From Candidatus Omnitrophota bacterium (lineage in GTDB: Bacteria > Omnitrophota > Gorgyraeia > Gygaellales > Profunditerraquicolaceae): a stretch of DNA of 64,000 bases. The stretch covers positions 222,855-286,854 of the forward strand of contig JBAZJY010000002.1 of the NCBI GenBank assembly GCA_041651115.1, given 5' to 3'. Made by a program: the position numbers and the translations under genes. The notes beneath the pieces were generated by a model. It was not told the origin of the DNA, searched no databases, and worked only from the letters and a program-made list of their open reading frames with translations. Shown in pieces: positions 20,595 through 30,608 of the stretch. Position 1 is the stretch's first letter; the number at the start of each line of letters is the position of its first letter.

Positions 20595-21509
20595 ATGGAT
20601 GCCAAGAAAATACGTAAAAGCATATCGAGATTTTTCGCCTTTTTGGGCTTGAGCCTGTGTTCTTTGATGATCAAGGCTGTGCCAGGAAAGCTGATCTACG
20701 GGTTTGCCCGCAAGATCGCCAGCCTCGGCTATCGCTTTGCCGGCAAACACAGGCGTATTGCCATGGACAGCCTTTCCATTGCTTTTGGGAAAGAAAAAAC
20801 GCAGCAGGAAATAGAGCAGATTGCCCGCGACTGCTTTACGTTAATGGCAAAGTCCGCGATTGAGTTGATGTATCTTATGGATAAGCCGGAGTTATTAAAG
20901 CAGCGGGTATCAATAGAAGGCAAGAAAAACCTCGACGCGGTCCTGGCTAAGGGCAGGGGGGCAATCCTTGTCAGCGCGCATTTCGGAAATTTCCCGCTGC
21001 TTCTGGCGCGTTTTAGCCAGGAAGGATATAAGGCCAGCGGCATAATGCGTCCGATGCGCGACGCCAGAGTAGAAAAAATATTTTTAAATAAACGGGAAAA
21101 ATTCAAAGTAAAGACAATATACAGCCAGCCGCGCAAGGAGTGCGTTGATTCTACGATCCGGGCGCTGCGTAACAATGAGGTCGTTTTTATCCCGATAGAC
21201 CAGAATTTCGGCACTGCCGGGGTTTTTGTGGATTTCTTCGGCCAAAAGGCAGCGACTGCTACCGGCCCGGTGATATTTGCCGAAAGGACAGGGGCAGGCA
21301 TTGTGCCTTGTTTTATTGTCAGGCAGAAAGACGATACCCACAAAATAATCTGCGAGCCGGCGATAGACCTGGAAGAAGGCCGCGACCACCAGGAAACGAT
21401 AACCATAAATATACAAAAACTGACCAATGTAATTGAGGCCTATATACGTAAGTATCCCGCCGAATGGGGCTGGATACACCGTAGATGGAAAAGCAGGCCG
21501 AACAGCTAA
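20595..21509 (+). CDS. Lipid A biosynthesis acyltransferase (LpxL/HtrB-like, LPLAT superfamily)
   Basis: N-terminal TM segment and an acyltransferase core containing SAHFGNFPLL. Confidence 0.7.
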   Translation: MDAKKIRKSISRFFAFLGLSLCSLMIKAVPGKLIYGFARKIASLGYRFAGKHRRIAMDSLSIAFGKEKTQQEIEQIARDCFTLMAKSAIELMYLMDKPELLKQRVSIEGKKNLDAVLAKGRGAILVSAHFGNFPLLLARFSQEGYKASGIMRPMRDARVEKIFLNKREKFKVKTIYSQPRKECVDSTIRALRNNEVVFIPIDQNFGTAGVFVDFFGQKAATATGPVIFAERTGAGIVPCFIVRQKDDTHKIICEPAIDLEEGRDHQETITINIQKLTNVIEAYIRKYPAEWGWIHRRWKSRPNS

Positions 21510-21523
21510 AAAGGGAGGCAGGC

Positions 21524-21685
21524 ATGGGAGCTTTGTTAAAATCAGTTTTAGGGCTTATATTTTTGGCTTTAGGCATTTGGGCAATTATTGCTTTTCGCAG
21601 CGAACTTCTCGTGTTGATCAAAGGCTGCGTCGGCCCGCTCCTGATCCTCGCGGGCATTATTACCCTGGCGATCGCTAAAGACTAA
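21524..21685 (+). CDS. Small two-TM membrane protein
   Basis: MGALLKSVLGLIFLALGIWAIIAF...LLILAGIITLAIAKD. The ORF-track start at 21485 overlaps the upstream gene. Confidence 0.4.
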   Translation: MGALLKSVLGLIFLALGIWAIIAFRSELLVLIKGCVGPLLILAGIITLAIAKD

Positions 21686-21711
21686 GTAGATTACCGAGAC
21701 AGCTGGTTTGG

Positions 21712-23400
21712 ATGAATAATAAAATTATTCCTGCCGCACTGCTTATCCTCATCGGTTTCTTCGTTTTTTCCAATTATATATTTTTACAGCGCGTTGACTG
21801 GTTCCCCGATAAAGACGAGGCCTATCATGCGGCAATCAGCGCGGATATTTTCCAAAGCATAGCCAACGGCAGGGGCTTTAGCCAGCATTTATTAGACGCT
21901 AATTGGCCGCGCGGGTATCATTTAATATCGGTTTTGGTAAGGGCGGTTTTCGGCGACCGCCTTATTTTTATGACACCGACCCTGTTCCTTGTCATATTAT
22001 TATGCGCTACCTATAAGATCGGAGAGGCGGTTAAAGATAAAATGGCCGGCCTGCTTAGCGCATTGGTCGTTTCTCTTTATCCCGGGATATATGTTTCCTC
22101 CCGCCATTTTGATTATGAATTGGCGCAAACGGCAATGGCGGCGGTAATAATATACCTTCTAATGAAAAATGAACGCTTTATTGGGATAAGATATTCATTA
22201 TTATTCGGGACATTATTGGCAATCGGCCTTGTAATCAAACAAAGCATAATATTTTTTATTGCCGGGCCGTTTATCATAGCCTTCTATTATTTATTAAAGC
22301 CGTTTCCTAATAATAGGGTAAGGATAAGGAATTTATTGATCGCATTCTCTTTATGTTTTATCCTGGCCTTTTTTGGCTATTACCGCATATATTTCAGCCA
22401 TCCGGAATATATAGACCAGTGGGGCGTGCAGCGTTTATTTGTAAAAAACATATACGGAATTCGTCATGCCGGCCACTATCGTATAGGAGAGTTATTGTCT
22501 TCCGTAACTTTCTTAAAGGATTTTCATATCGGCATCCCGGGTATAATCATATTTCTTATCAGCCTGCCGGCCTTTTTATTCAAAAACAAAAACCTTAAAT
22601 ATAAATTGTTTCTTACTTCCTGGCTGGCCATTCCATTTTGTATTTTCAGCCTCTCAACAATGAAGTTACCGCATTATTCCATCGGATACTTGCCTGCCTT
22701 TGCGGTCATTACGGCTGTGGGGATAACTTATCTCCGGCCCAAAGCCATAGCCATATGGCTGGTAGCCGGTTTTTTCAGCATAAATTTTATTTTCTATACA
22801 TGTTACACGTTTAATATATTCCCCGGATTAGAGAATCGTTTGATATCAAAAATGCTATCCGCAAATTGGGGAACCTGGGCAATGGGGGCTGCCAGGGATA
22901 CCAATCCCGCCTATGAAGCCGCTGATTACCTGAGCAAGATTGCCGGAAATAAACGCGCCGTATTCGGTACGGTGCATTATCCCCAGATAGATCCGGATTC
23001 CCGGGATGATGCGTGGTTTGCGGTATGCTTTAATTCTCTAATGCGGCTGCGCAGTAGTAAATACGAAGCCGTAGACCTCGTTGTTTACGGCAATCCCAAA
23101 TTGACCCGTAAGTGCGATTTTTTCGTCTGTTTTTCTTCCGTTCCCGGCCGCAACTGGCTGGATTACGCTACTTTTTCCCGGTGTTTGCTGGAAGGGATGA
23201 AATACGCCGCAGAATTTCCTTATATGGGAACATACCTTCTGGGCGATGATGATACCCCGGCTTATGTAGAAGGCCGGATCTATATATCCCGGAAGACAAT
23301 AGAGGACCTGGAAAATTATTTTCCTAATCTGACGCTGCTGAAAGAAATAAAGATCGGCGAGGTAACCGCCTCTATTTACAAAAATAAGCGGATAGAATAA
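21712..23400 (+). CDS. GT-C glycosyltransferase, ArnT/PMT_2 family (polyprenyl-phosphate-sugar dependent)
   Basis: 562 aa polytopic protein. First periplasmic loop carries DKDEAYHA, matching the DE(x)RY motif of ArnT/PMT. Confidence 0.75.
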   Translation: MNNKIIPAALLILIGFFVFSNYIFLQRVDWFPDKDEAYHAAISADIFQSIANGRGFSQHLLDANWPRGYHLISVLVRAVFGDRLIFMTPTLFLVILLCATYKIGEAVKDKMAGLLSALVVSLYPGIYVSSRHFDYELAQTAMAAVIIYLLMKNERFIGIRYSLLFGTLLAIGLVIKQSIIFFIAGPFIIAFYYLLKPFPNNRVRIRNLLIAFSLCFILAFFGYYRIYFSHPEYIDQWGVQRLFVKNIYGIRHAGHYRIGELLSSVTFLKDFHIGIPGIIIFLISLPAFLFKNKNLKYKLFLTSWLAIPFCIFSLSTMKLPHYSIGYLPAFAVITAVGITYLRPKAIAIWLVAGFFSINFIFYTCYTFNIFPGLENRLISKMLSANWGTWAMGAARDTNPAYEAADYLSKIAGNKRAVFGTVHYPQIDPDSRDDAWFAVCFNSLMRLRSSKYEAVDLVVYGNPKLTRKCDFFVCFSSVPGRNWLDYATFSRCLLEGMKYAAEFPYMGTYLLGDDDTPAYVEGRIYISRKTIEDLENYFPNLTLLKEIKIGEVTASIYKNKRIE

Positions 23401-23419
23401 GAAGCAAGAGAAGGCCTTT

Positions 23420-25108
23420 ATGAATAAAAAATACGCTCCGCTATTGCTTGTTTTCATCATCGTTTTTTTTATTGCCTCCAATTATACGTTCACTCAGAAT
23501 AGCGATTGCCTTTTTGATAAGGACGCGACTTACCACGCGGAAAGCGGCGCGTATATTTTCCAAAGCCTGGCCAACGGTAAAGATTTTTTCAACGCCTTAA
23601 CGGAGGATTACCATTGGCCGCCCCTCTACCATGTAATCGCGGCATTATTACGGATCGTCTTCGGCGTTAATTTCGTTTTTATGACTTCTACGCTTTTTCT
23701 CGTTATATTGCTATATGCCACCTATAAGATCGGTGAACTCCTTAAAGATAAAACGGCCGGTTTATTAAGCGCGTTAATAATTTCTTTTTATCCATCCATT
23801 TATATCAGCTCGCGCTGCTACTATCTGGAATTAGCCCAGGCGGCAATGACCGCTTTAATATTATATTTTTTAATGCGGCTGGATAATTTTACCGGCCTTA
23901 AATATTCATTGGCATTCGGCTTGTTATTGGCGGCAGGCTTGCTTATAAAGCAGAATATAATTATTTTTCTCATCGGCCCGTTTTTTGTGGCTTTATACTA
24001 TTTATCAAGGCATCCTCTGCAGAATAAGATCAAGGCGCGCAACCTGGCGCTTTCGCTTTTTATTTGTTTCTTCCTGGCGTTTTTGATCTATTATAAGATA
24101 TATCTTTTTGAGCCGTTAAACATTACTTCCCGCGGCTTAGCCAGGTTTTTAACTAATAATGTAGACGGTACTCCCTGCACCGACTGCTATCAGCCGCGGG
24201 TGTTATTATTCCATTTGATCGCCTTAAAGAAATTCCACATCGGCATCCCGGGGCTAGTCCTGTTTTTCATCGGCCTGCCTTATTTTCTGAAAAAAAACGA
24301 AAAACATGAATATAAGATATTCCTTCTTTATTGGTTTCTTGTGCCTTTCTGCATTCTGACCGCTACGACTGCAAAGTTCCGCCAGTATTCCTTTTCATAC
24401 CTGCCTGTTTTTGCGATAGTCGCGGCCGTAGGCATAACTTATATCCGGCCAAAGTTTATAAAACAGGCCCTGGTAGCTGCTTTTCTGATCTTCAGCTTTC
24501 TGCCGTATGCCTGTTTTACTTTTGACGTATTGCCGAAACTTAAATTAGCCCTGATGCCCACCAATCCCGATAAATGCTTTTATCTATATTGGGGAACTAC
24601 CAATAGCAGGGCGTCAAACCCCGCTTATCAGGCTGCGGAATATTTGGGTAAAATAATCGGGCCAAGGCCGGCAACAATCGGCGTAGTCTTTTATCCCACT
24701 GATGAGCAGCCGCCGCAATATACCTCTTATTTGAATGCGCTGCTGCGTTTTCGTCACGGGGGATATAAAGTAATTGATTTCATCCGCCTCGGTAAAGAGA
24801 GGCAGCTTGCCGCGTGCGATTATTTCATATTTATCCATTCTCTTGACCGCGGCGATAAATGGCTGGACTACGAAACGTTCGTGTATGACCTGGCGCAGGC
24901 AAACGAACTTGGAAGCATTAAAAATGGCTGGCAGGATAAATATGTATTGACCCAGCAAGACAGGCCGCCGGGCAGGGAAGGATTTTTATACATACCAAGG
25001 AGCAAAATTGAGGCCATCGCCGGATATTTTCCCAATTTAAGGTTAGTCAAGAGGATAGGGACGGAAACCAGGGAATTCCTGATTTATAAAAATGAACGCC
25101 AAAGATAA
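23420..25108 (+). CDS. GT-C glycosyltransferase paralog, ArnT/PMT_2 family
   Basis: 562 aa tandem paralog of the preceding gene. The motif here reads DKDATYHA (E replaced by A). Confidence 0.75.
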   Translation: MNKKYAPLLLVFIIVFFIASNYTFTQNSDCLFDKDATYHAESGAYIFQSLANGKDFFNALTEDYHWPPLYHVIAALLRIVFGVNFVFMTSTLFLVILLYATYKIGELLKDKTAGLLSALIISFYPSIYISSRCYYLELAQAAMTALILYFLMRLDNFTGLKYSLAFGLLLAAGLLIKQNIIIFLIGPFFVALYYLSRHPLQNKIKARNLALSLFICFFLAFLIYYKIYLFEPLNITSRGLARFLTNNVDGTPCTDCYQPRVLLFHLIALKKFHIGIPGLVLFFIGLPYFLKKNEKHEYKIFLLYWFLVPFCILTATTAKFRQYSFSYLPVFAIVAAVGITYIRPKFIKQALVAAFLIFSFLPYACFTFDVLPKLKLALMPTNPDKCFYLYWGTTNSRASNPAYQAAEYLGKIIGPRPATIGVVFYPTDEQPPQYTSYLNALLRFRHGGYKVIDFIRLGKERQLAACDYFIFIHSLDRGDKWLDYETFVYDLAQANELGSIKNGWQDKYVLTQQDRPPGREGFLYIPRSKIEAIAGYFPNLRLVKRIGTETREFLIYKNERQR

Positions 25109-26138
25109 AAAACCGGCTGTATATTGGCTGGTTTATTTTTTATTCATTTGGCTTCTGCTTGAGTTTGGCTGCCGGATTATTTTATTCCGGATTTTTCCGG
25201 AAAACATCCCGGGCTTTGAATCCTCATCCGGCTGGCGTATCGCATGGTTGCGCAACCATTCCGGCCATAAAAATAATCCGAAAGCCCTGGCTGCTTTTTT
25301 ACCGCCTGCGGCTTACGATGCTACCAAGGGGTGGGCATTGAGGCCGGGTTTGAAAAATTATGCGTGGGGCGGGAAGTTTACGACCAACTCAAAAGGCCTG
25401 CGCGGAGAAAAAGAATATGCCTATGGTAAGGATGCGGCCAGGAAGCGCATCATTATCATCGGCGATTCTTATGTTATGGGCGCGGAAAATAACGATGACC
25501 AGATATTCCCGTTTTTTTTAAGCCGGATGCTGCCGGAATACGATATATTGAATTTCGGGGTCGGAGGATACGGCCATGACCAGATGTTGATCAAACTTAA
25601 AGAGGAGGCAGCGGGTTATCATCCGGATATGGTCATCCTGCTGTATCTTCCAGACGACAACTCCAGAAACCTTCTGGAGTTCCGCGATTATGCCAAACCG
25701 CGCTATATCTTTAAGGATGATAAGCTCAGGCTTACTAATGTGCCTGTTCCTCCACCCGAGGAAATTATCCGCCAGGACTATCGCCACTCTTATTTTCTTG
25801 ACCTTTTAGGATTTATACTATATCGGATCAAGTTTAATTCCGGGGCAATGCACGGAGAAACGACGCGGATCACCAGAGCCATTATAAAAGAAATGGGGCA
25901 GGCCTGTTCGCAAGTAAAGGCGCAGTTTGTTATTGCAGCCTTGGATAATGACCCGGAAAATGCGAAAATCATCCCGTCAAAAATAAACAACGGCTATGTC
26001 CCGTGCATATTTTTAAATATCAACGGCTATCCTGAAAAATATTTTGCGGGGCATTGGAGCCCTGAAGGACATCGGATAGTAGCGCAACAGATAGCTGAAG
26101 GGCTTAGCAAGCATGGCTTGCTTAACCGCGAAGAATAA
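25092..26138 (+). CDS. Membrane-anchored SGNH/GDSL-like hydrolase or acyl-esterase family protein
   Basis: N-terminal TM segment, then IIIIGDSYVMG (GDS motif) and GVGGYGHDQMLIKLKEE. Confidence 0.55.
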   Translation: MNAKDKKPAVYWLVYFLFIWLLLEFGCRIILFRIFPENIPGFESSSGWRIAWLRNHSGHKNNPKALAAFLPPAAYDATKGWALRPGLKNYAWGGKFTTNSKGLRGEKEYAYGKDAARKRIIIIGDSYVMGAENNDDQIFPFFLSRMLPEYDILNFGVGGYGHDQMLIKLKEEAAGYHPDMVILLYLPDDNSRNLLEFRDYAKPRYIFKDDKLRLTNVPVPPPEEIIRQDYRHSYFLDLLGFILYRIKFNSGAMHGETTRITRAIIKEMGQACSQVKAQFVIAALDNDPENAKIIPSKINNGYVPCIFLNINGYPEKYFAGHWSPEGHRIVAQQIAEGLSKHGLLNREE

Positions 26139-26178
26139 ATATTGTATAAAATTCCCATTAGTGCGTTATAATTAAGCA

Positions 26179-27171
26179 ATGCAGAAAAAAGCAAAGATCT
26201 TGATCACTGGCATCGGTTCTTCAAACGCGCTCACTTTTCTTTGCGGGCTGCGCAAGGAAAAAAGGAAAAGTTTTCAGATCTGCGGCGCGGACATTTACGA
26301 GCGGGATTTTTGCGCAGGCGCGCAATTTTGCGATAAATTTTTTAGGGTGCCGGCATGTAATAAGCCTTCTTTTATCGGTGTTTTACTGGGGATCTGCCGC
26401 AGGAATGCAATTGATGTTTTGGTCCCCATGTTGGACGAAGAAATGTTATTGATATCCGGCCAGCACAAGGACTTCCTTGAATGCGGCACGCGTGTGCTGC
26501 TACCCGAAGAAGAAATAATCAAAACCTGCTTAAATAAGCTTAAGCTGTATGGATTCCTTGGGCGTAATGGTTTTCCTGTCCCGCGCATTTATACCAGTGA
26601 TCAAGTGCCTCAAAGTTTTCCGGTTATCCAAAAGCCGGTTATTGGCAGGGGATCGCACGACATAACTATTATCCACGATCGGCAGGAGTTTAAAAAAGCC
26701 AGAGGCAAAACCGGCTATCTGATCCAAAAGTATATAGAAGGCCGGGAATTCACCGTTGATACCTTGTCAAATTTAAACGGTAAAACGCTGGCTGCGGTTC
26801 CGCGTTTAAGGCTGGAGATAAGAGACGGTAAGTCCATTAAAGCGCAGACCGTGCGCCATAAGGCGATCGAAGGCCTGGCCAGGGAAATATGTAATGCCTT
26901 AAAAATGACTGGCCCGGCATGCCTGCAATGCAGGTTAGGCCGGAACAACAGGCCTTATTTTTTTGACGTCAATCCCCGCATAGGCTCTGCTTCCATTTTA
27001 ACCATTGAAGCAGGAGTTAATATCCCGTTATTGGCCGTGCAAAACATCCTGGGCAGGAACATAGATAAAGCTCCCGCTAAATTCATGGCGAATGTGGTTA
27101 TGCTGCGTTATTGGGGTAATATTTTTACATATCCGAAGAGGCAAATGGATATGTCCGGAGGAATAGCCTAA
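26179..27171 (+). CDS. ATP-grasp domain protein (CarB/PylC-like)
   Basis: 330 aa with an ATP-grasp fold (VIQKPVIGRGSHDITII...YLIQKYIEGREFTVDTL...FFDVNPRIGSAS). Confidence 0.7.
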   Translation: MQKKAKILITGIGSSNALTFLCGLRKEKRKSFQICGADIYERDFCAGAQFCDKFFRVPACNKPSFIGVLLGICRRNAIDVLVPMLDEEMLLISGQHKDFLECGTRVLLPEEEIIKTCLNKLKLYGFLGRNGFPVPRIYTSDQVPQSFPVIQKPVIGRGSHDITIIHDRQEFKKARGKTGYLIQKYIEGREFTVDTLSNLNGKTLAAVPRLRLEIRDGKSIKAQTVRHKAIEGLAREICNALKMTGPACLQCRLGRNNRPYFFDVNPRIGSASILTIEAGVNIPLLAVQNILGRNIDKAPAKFMANVVMLRYWGNIFTYPKRQMDMSGGIA

Positions 27172-27172
27172 A

Positions 27173-28114
27173 ATGAAACTAGCCACCGTTATCATTCCCG
27201 TATTTTATAATGCCGAAAGCCTGCCTGCGCTTTATGAACAAACCAACGCCGCCATAAAGGATATCCCGGATGTACGTTTTGAGTTAATCTTTGTAGATGA
27301 TGGTTCAGGCGATAATTCCTTTGATGTGCTCTCCGGCATTGCCCGCAATGACAGCCGGGTGCGCATAATAAAGCTAACCCGTAATTTCGGCGCTTTTGCC
27401 GCTTGCTTTGCAGGATTAAGCTATGCCAAGGGCGATTGCGCTATTTTTATGGCGGCAGACCTGCAGGATCCTCCGGAAATATTATCCAAGCTTATTGAAA
27501 AATGGAAAAACGGCAGTGAAATAGTTTACGCGGCCAGGCAAAAGCGGGAAGAGGCGAAGTTAAAGATCTTCTTTTCCAATATCTTTTACTTTATATTCCG
27601 GAAAATTGCCTTAAAAGACATGCCGCCCACAGGTTTTGATTTTGTCTTGATCGGCAGGAAGGTTATTGATGTCCTGCTTTCCGCCAAGGAAAAAAATTCT
27701 TCCTTGATCGGGCAGATACTCTGGACCGGTTTTAAAGCGGATTCCGTCCCCTGCATAAAAAAGAAACGTTACTTTGGCCGTTCCCGTTGGGTATTAAGCA
27801 AAAAGATCAAGTACTTGATTGATTCGTTGCTTTCGTTCAGTTATTTCCCTATAAGGGCAATATCCCTGATCGGCATTACAATGGCCATGTTAAGTTTTAT
27901 TTTCGGGTTATATATTATTTCCCAGAAGATTTTTCTGGGGATCCCGGTCCCGGGCTTTGCGTCTATATTGGTCATAATCCTTTTTACTTCCGGCATCCAG
28001 ATGTTGATGCTGGGAGTGCTTGGTGAATACCTTTGGCGTAACCTTGAAGAAACAAGGGGCAGGCCGATGTTCGTGGTTGAGAGGCTGGCCGGGTTTGATC
28101 ACGCGCAAAAATGA
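27173..28114 (+). CDS. GT2 polyprenyl-phosphate sugar transferase (ArnC/GtrB/DPM1-like)
   Basis: ATVIIPVFYNAESLP...LIFVDDGSGDNS...FMAADLQDPPE followed by two C-terminal TM segments. Confidence 0.8.
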   Translation: MKLATVIIPVFYNAESLPALYEQTNAAIKDIPDVRFELIFVDDGSGDNSFDVLSGIARNDSRVRIIKLTRNFGAFAACFAGLSYAKGDCAIFMAADLQDPPEILSKLIEKWKNGSEIVYAARQKREEAKLKIFFSNIFYFIFRKIALKDMPPTGFDFVLIGRKVIDVLLSAKEKNSSLIGQILWTGFKADSVPCIKKKRYFGRSRWVLSKKIKYLIDSLLSFSYFPIRAISLIGITMAMLSFIFGLYIISQKIFLGIPVPGFASILVIILFTSGIQMLMLGVLGEYLWRNLEETRGRPMFVVERLAGFDHAQK

Positions 28115-29532
28115 AAGTCTTGCTTATTGAGCCTCCGCCATTAGGCCGCTACGGCAACCAAAGATCAAAAGGGGCGTTCGGCAACCTTAAGGCCGATATA
28201 CGCTGGCCACCGATTGACCTGGTGGTGATCGCGGGCCATTTAAGAAAAAATAATATTGAGGCTGCGATCATTGACGCAGGCGGAGAAAGGCTGTCTGCGG
28301 ATGCGTTATTGGGCAGGGTATCTGCGGTTAAAGCCGGTTTAACGCTGATCAATACTTCAACTACGACGATCTATCAAGACTTAGAAATTGCGCGGCTGGT
28401 CAAACAGGCATCCGGCCGGAGCTTATTGGGCGTAATCGGCGTGCATATTATGGCATTACCGAAAGAGACTTTGGCTCTTTGCCCTGAATTGGATTTTGCT
28501 GTTTTCTCCGAGCCGGAAATCCCGATCCTTAACCTTTGCAAGGCAATGGATATGGCATTGGTAAACGGCATCTGTTTTCGCAAAGGCAAAGATATATTGA
28601 TGAATCCCGCTCAGGAGCCGGTTAATGATCTTGATGAATTAGGCATTCCTGCTCATGACCTTCTGCCTTTGGGCGTTTATAAAGAGCCGCAGATGAAAAG
28701 AAAGCCGTTGGCCGTTACCATGGTGTCCCGGGGCTGCATTAACCGCTGCGTGTTCTGCAGCGCTGCCTTTTACGGGGCCTACCGCCTGCGTTCGGTAGAA
28801 GATGTCATGGAAGAGCTGCGCTGGATCACGAGAGCGCTGGGGGTCAGGGAGCTTAAGTTTTATGATGACGGGATCACTTATAACCGCAGTTGGGCAGAGC
28901 AGCTTTTTATGGCCATGGCCAACGAAGGCATAGATCTGACATGGAACGCCAATATCCGCGCAGATTCCATTGATTATCAACTGGCGTTGTTGATGAAGCA
29001 AGCCGGCTGCCATACGGTTAATATTGGCTTAGAGAGCGGCAGCCAAAAGATCCTGAATAATGTCCGTAAAAATGTTACCATTGAAACCATGCGCCGCGCG
29101 GTTTTAGATTGTAAAAAGGCAGGGCTTGAGGTGTGCGGATATTTTGTATTTGGCCTGCCCGGGGAGACCCGGCAGAGCATCAAGATGAGCATTGAGCTGG
29201 CAAAAGAGCTTGACCTTGACCTGGTTACTTTTAATACGGCAACTCCCCATCCGGGAACGGATTTTTTCACGTATCTGGAAGGCAACGGGTTTTTGCGCAG
29301 TAATGATTGGTCGCAATATGATACTAACGGCCTGCCGGTTTTTGATTACCCGGGCCTATCAGCAAGCGCAATGTATGATCAGGCCATGGCTGCTTATAGG
29401 AAATTCTATCTGCGGCCGCGTTTCTTTTTTAAAAGGTTCAAAAGGATAAGCTCTTTGAACGAGTTAAAGAATACGGCTGGAAATTTCATTGCTTTTATGA
29501 ACAATTTTTTATTTAAAAATGCGCGGCCGTAA
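28111..29532 (+). CDS. B12-binding (class B) radical SAM enzyme
   Basis: N-terminal cobalamin-binding domain and a radical SAM core with CINRCVFCSA (CxxxCxxC). Confidence 0.8.
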   Translation: MKVLLIEPPPLGRYGNQRSKGAFGNLKADIRWPPIDLVVIAGHLRKNNIEAAIIDAGGERLSADALLGRVSAVKAGLTLINTSTTTIYQDLEIARLVKQASGRSLLGVIGVHIMALPKETLALCPELDFAVFSEPEIPILNLCKAMDMALVNGICFRKGKDILMNPAQEPVNDLDELGIPAHDLLPLGVYKEPQMKRKPLAVTMVSRGCINRCVFCSAAFYGAYRLRSVEDVMEELRWITRALGVRELKFYDDGITYNRSWAEQLFMAMANEGIDLTWNANIRADSIDYQLALLMKQAGCHTVNIGLESGSQKILNNVRKNVTIETMRRAVLDCKKAGLEVCGYFVFGLPGETRQSIKMSIELAKELDLDLVTFNTATPHPGTDFFTYLEGNGFLRSNDWSQYDTNGLPVFDYPGLSASAMYDQAMAAYRKFYLRPRFFFKRFKRISSLNELKNTAGNFIAFMNNFLFKNARP

Positions 29533-30187
29533 ATACTTTAAGCCGTCTTACTGGTGTGATGCTTACTTTGATCCCGGCCATCCGGCGCATTGGTTCTACC
29601 GCCGGAAGATGGACGCGATCATTTCCCTGATCCCGGCAGGCGTAAAAGAGATATTAGATTGCGCTACGGCAGCCGGGCTATTGCCGCACCTTCTGGAAAA
29701 CAAAGGCTACAGTGTTGACGGTTTTGATATTATGGAAGAATTTGTGGATTATGGCAGGCAAAAGGTCAAAAGCGGCTTGATCTATGTAGATGACATCACC
29801 AATTTTTCCGCCCCGAGAAAAAAATATGACCTTATCTTATGCATTGATATCTTACAAAGATTCCCCAGAGAAACAAGGGAAGTGATCTATCAGGGGATTG
29901 CTAATCACCTAAGGCCGGGAGGGTATCTCTTATTGTGCAATCCTTCAAGGCTATGGTTCAGGCTTAATATTTTTTGGCGTTTTTTCAGAAAGCTTATCTT
30001 TGCCGGAATGATCTTTCAGGACGAAGTTTGCGGGCGCAATGTAGACGCGGCAAAAAAAGTAAAATATTTTGATGTTGACAAAAATTTAAACCTGGAGATC
30101 CCGGCGCGCCTCTTTAACGGCACGGCAGGTAAAAAAATCGTTTTTAATCTTTTAAATGTAGCGGTCGCGCAAAGAAAAGATGGCTAA
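29519..30187 (+). CDS. Class I SAM-dependent methyltransferase
   Basis: Rossmann-type MTase motif ILDCATAAGLLPHLL...DGFDI. The true start may be the internal Met near 29609. Confidence 0.65.
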   Translation: MRGRKYFKPSYWCDAYFDPGHPAHWFYRRKMDAIISLIPAGVKEILDCATAAGLLPHLLENKGYSVDGFDIMEEFVDYGRQKVKSGLIYVDDITNFSAPRKKYDLILCIDILQRFPRETREVIYQGIANHLRPGGYLLLCNPSRLWFRLNIFWRFFRKLIFAGMIFQDEVCGRNVDAAKKVKYFDVDKNLNLEIPARLFNGTAGKKIVFNLLNVAVAQRKDG

Positions 30188-30608
30188 GAAAATAAGCGGT
30201 TGCAAATTACTGCGTTTACCAAAGATTTATGATGTGAGGGGAAATTTGACGTTCATTGAATCCAAGAGGCATGTTCCTTTTGATATCAAGCGCGTCTACT
30301 ATATATACGATATACCCGGTGGGGCATACCGGGGGGCGCACGCGCATAAAAATTCCTTGGAATTGATAATTCCGCTTGCCGGATCTTTTGATATCATGCT
30401 TGATGATGGCCGCAGCCAGAAAGTAATCACATTGAACATGGCCTATTACGGCCTCTATGTGCCGAATTTGATCTGGCGGGAGTTGTTTAATTTTTCATCG
30501 GGCGCTACTTGTCTTGTGCTTGCTTCCGCCCCATTCTCCGAAAAAGATTATATACGTAACTATGACGATTTTATCAAGTGGCAATCGCGCATACCGAGGA
30601 GGAAATAA
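30180..30608 (+). CDS. FdtA/QdtA-like dTDP-4-keto-6-deoxyhexose 3,4-ketoisomerase (WxcM-like cupin)
   Basis: 142 aa. GCKLLRLPKIYDVRGNLTFIE...PFDIKRVYYIYDIPGGAYRGAHAHK closely matches the FdtA family. Confidence 0.7.
   Translation: MAKKISGCKLLRLPKIYDVRGNLTFIESKRHVPFDIKRVYYIYDIPGGAYRGAHAHKNSLELIIPLAGSFDIMLDDGRSQKVITLNMAYYGLYVPNLIWRELFNFSSGATCLVLASAPFSEKDYIRNYDDFIKWQSRIPRRK

Noticed and set aside
20729-21427. 232-aa minus-strand ORF within the LpxL-like acyltransferase gene
   Set aside because: Antisense shadow ORF. The plus-strand product has the acyltransferase motif.
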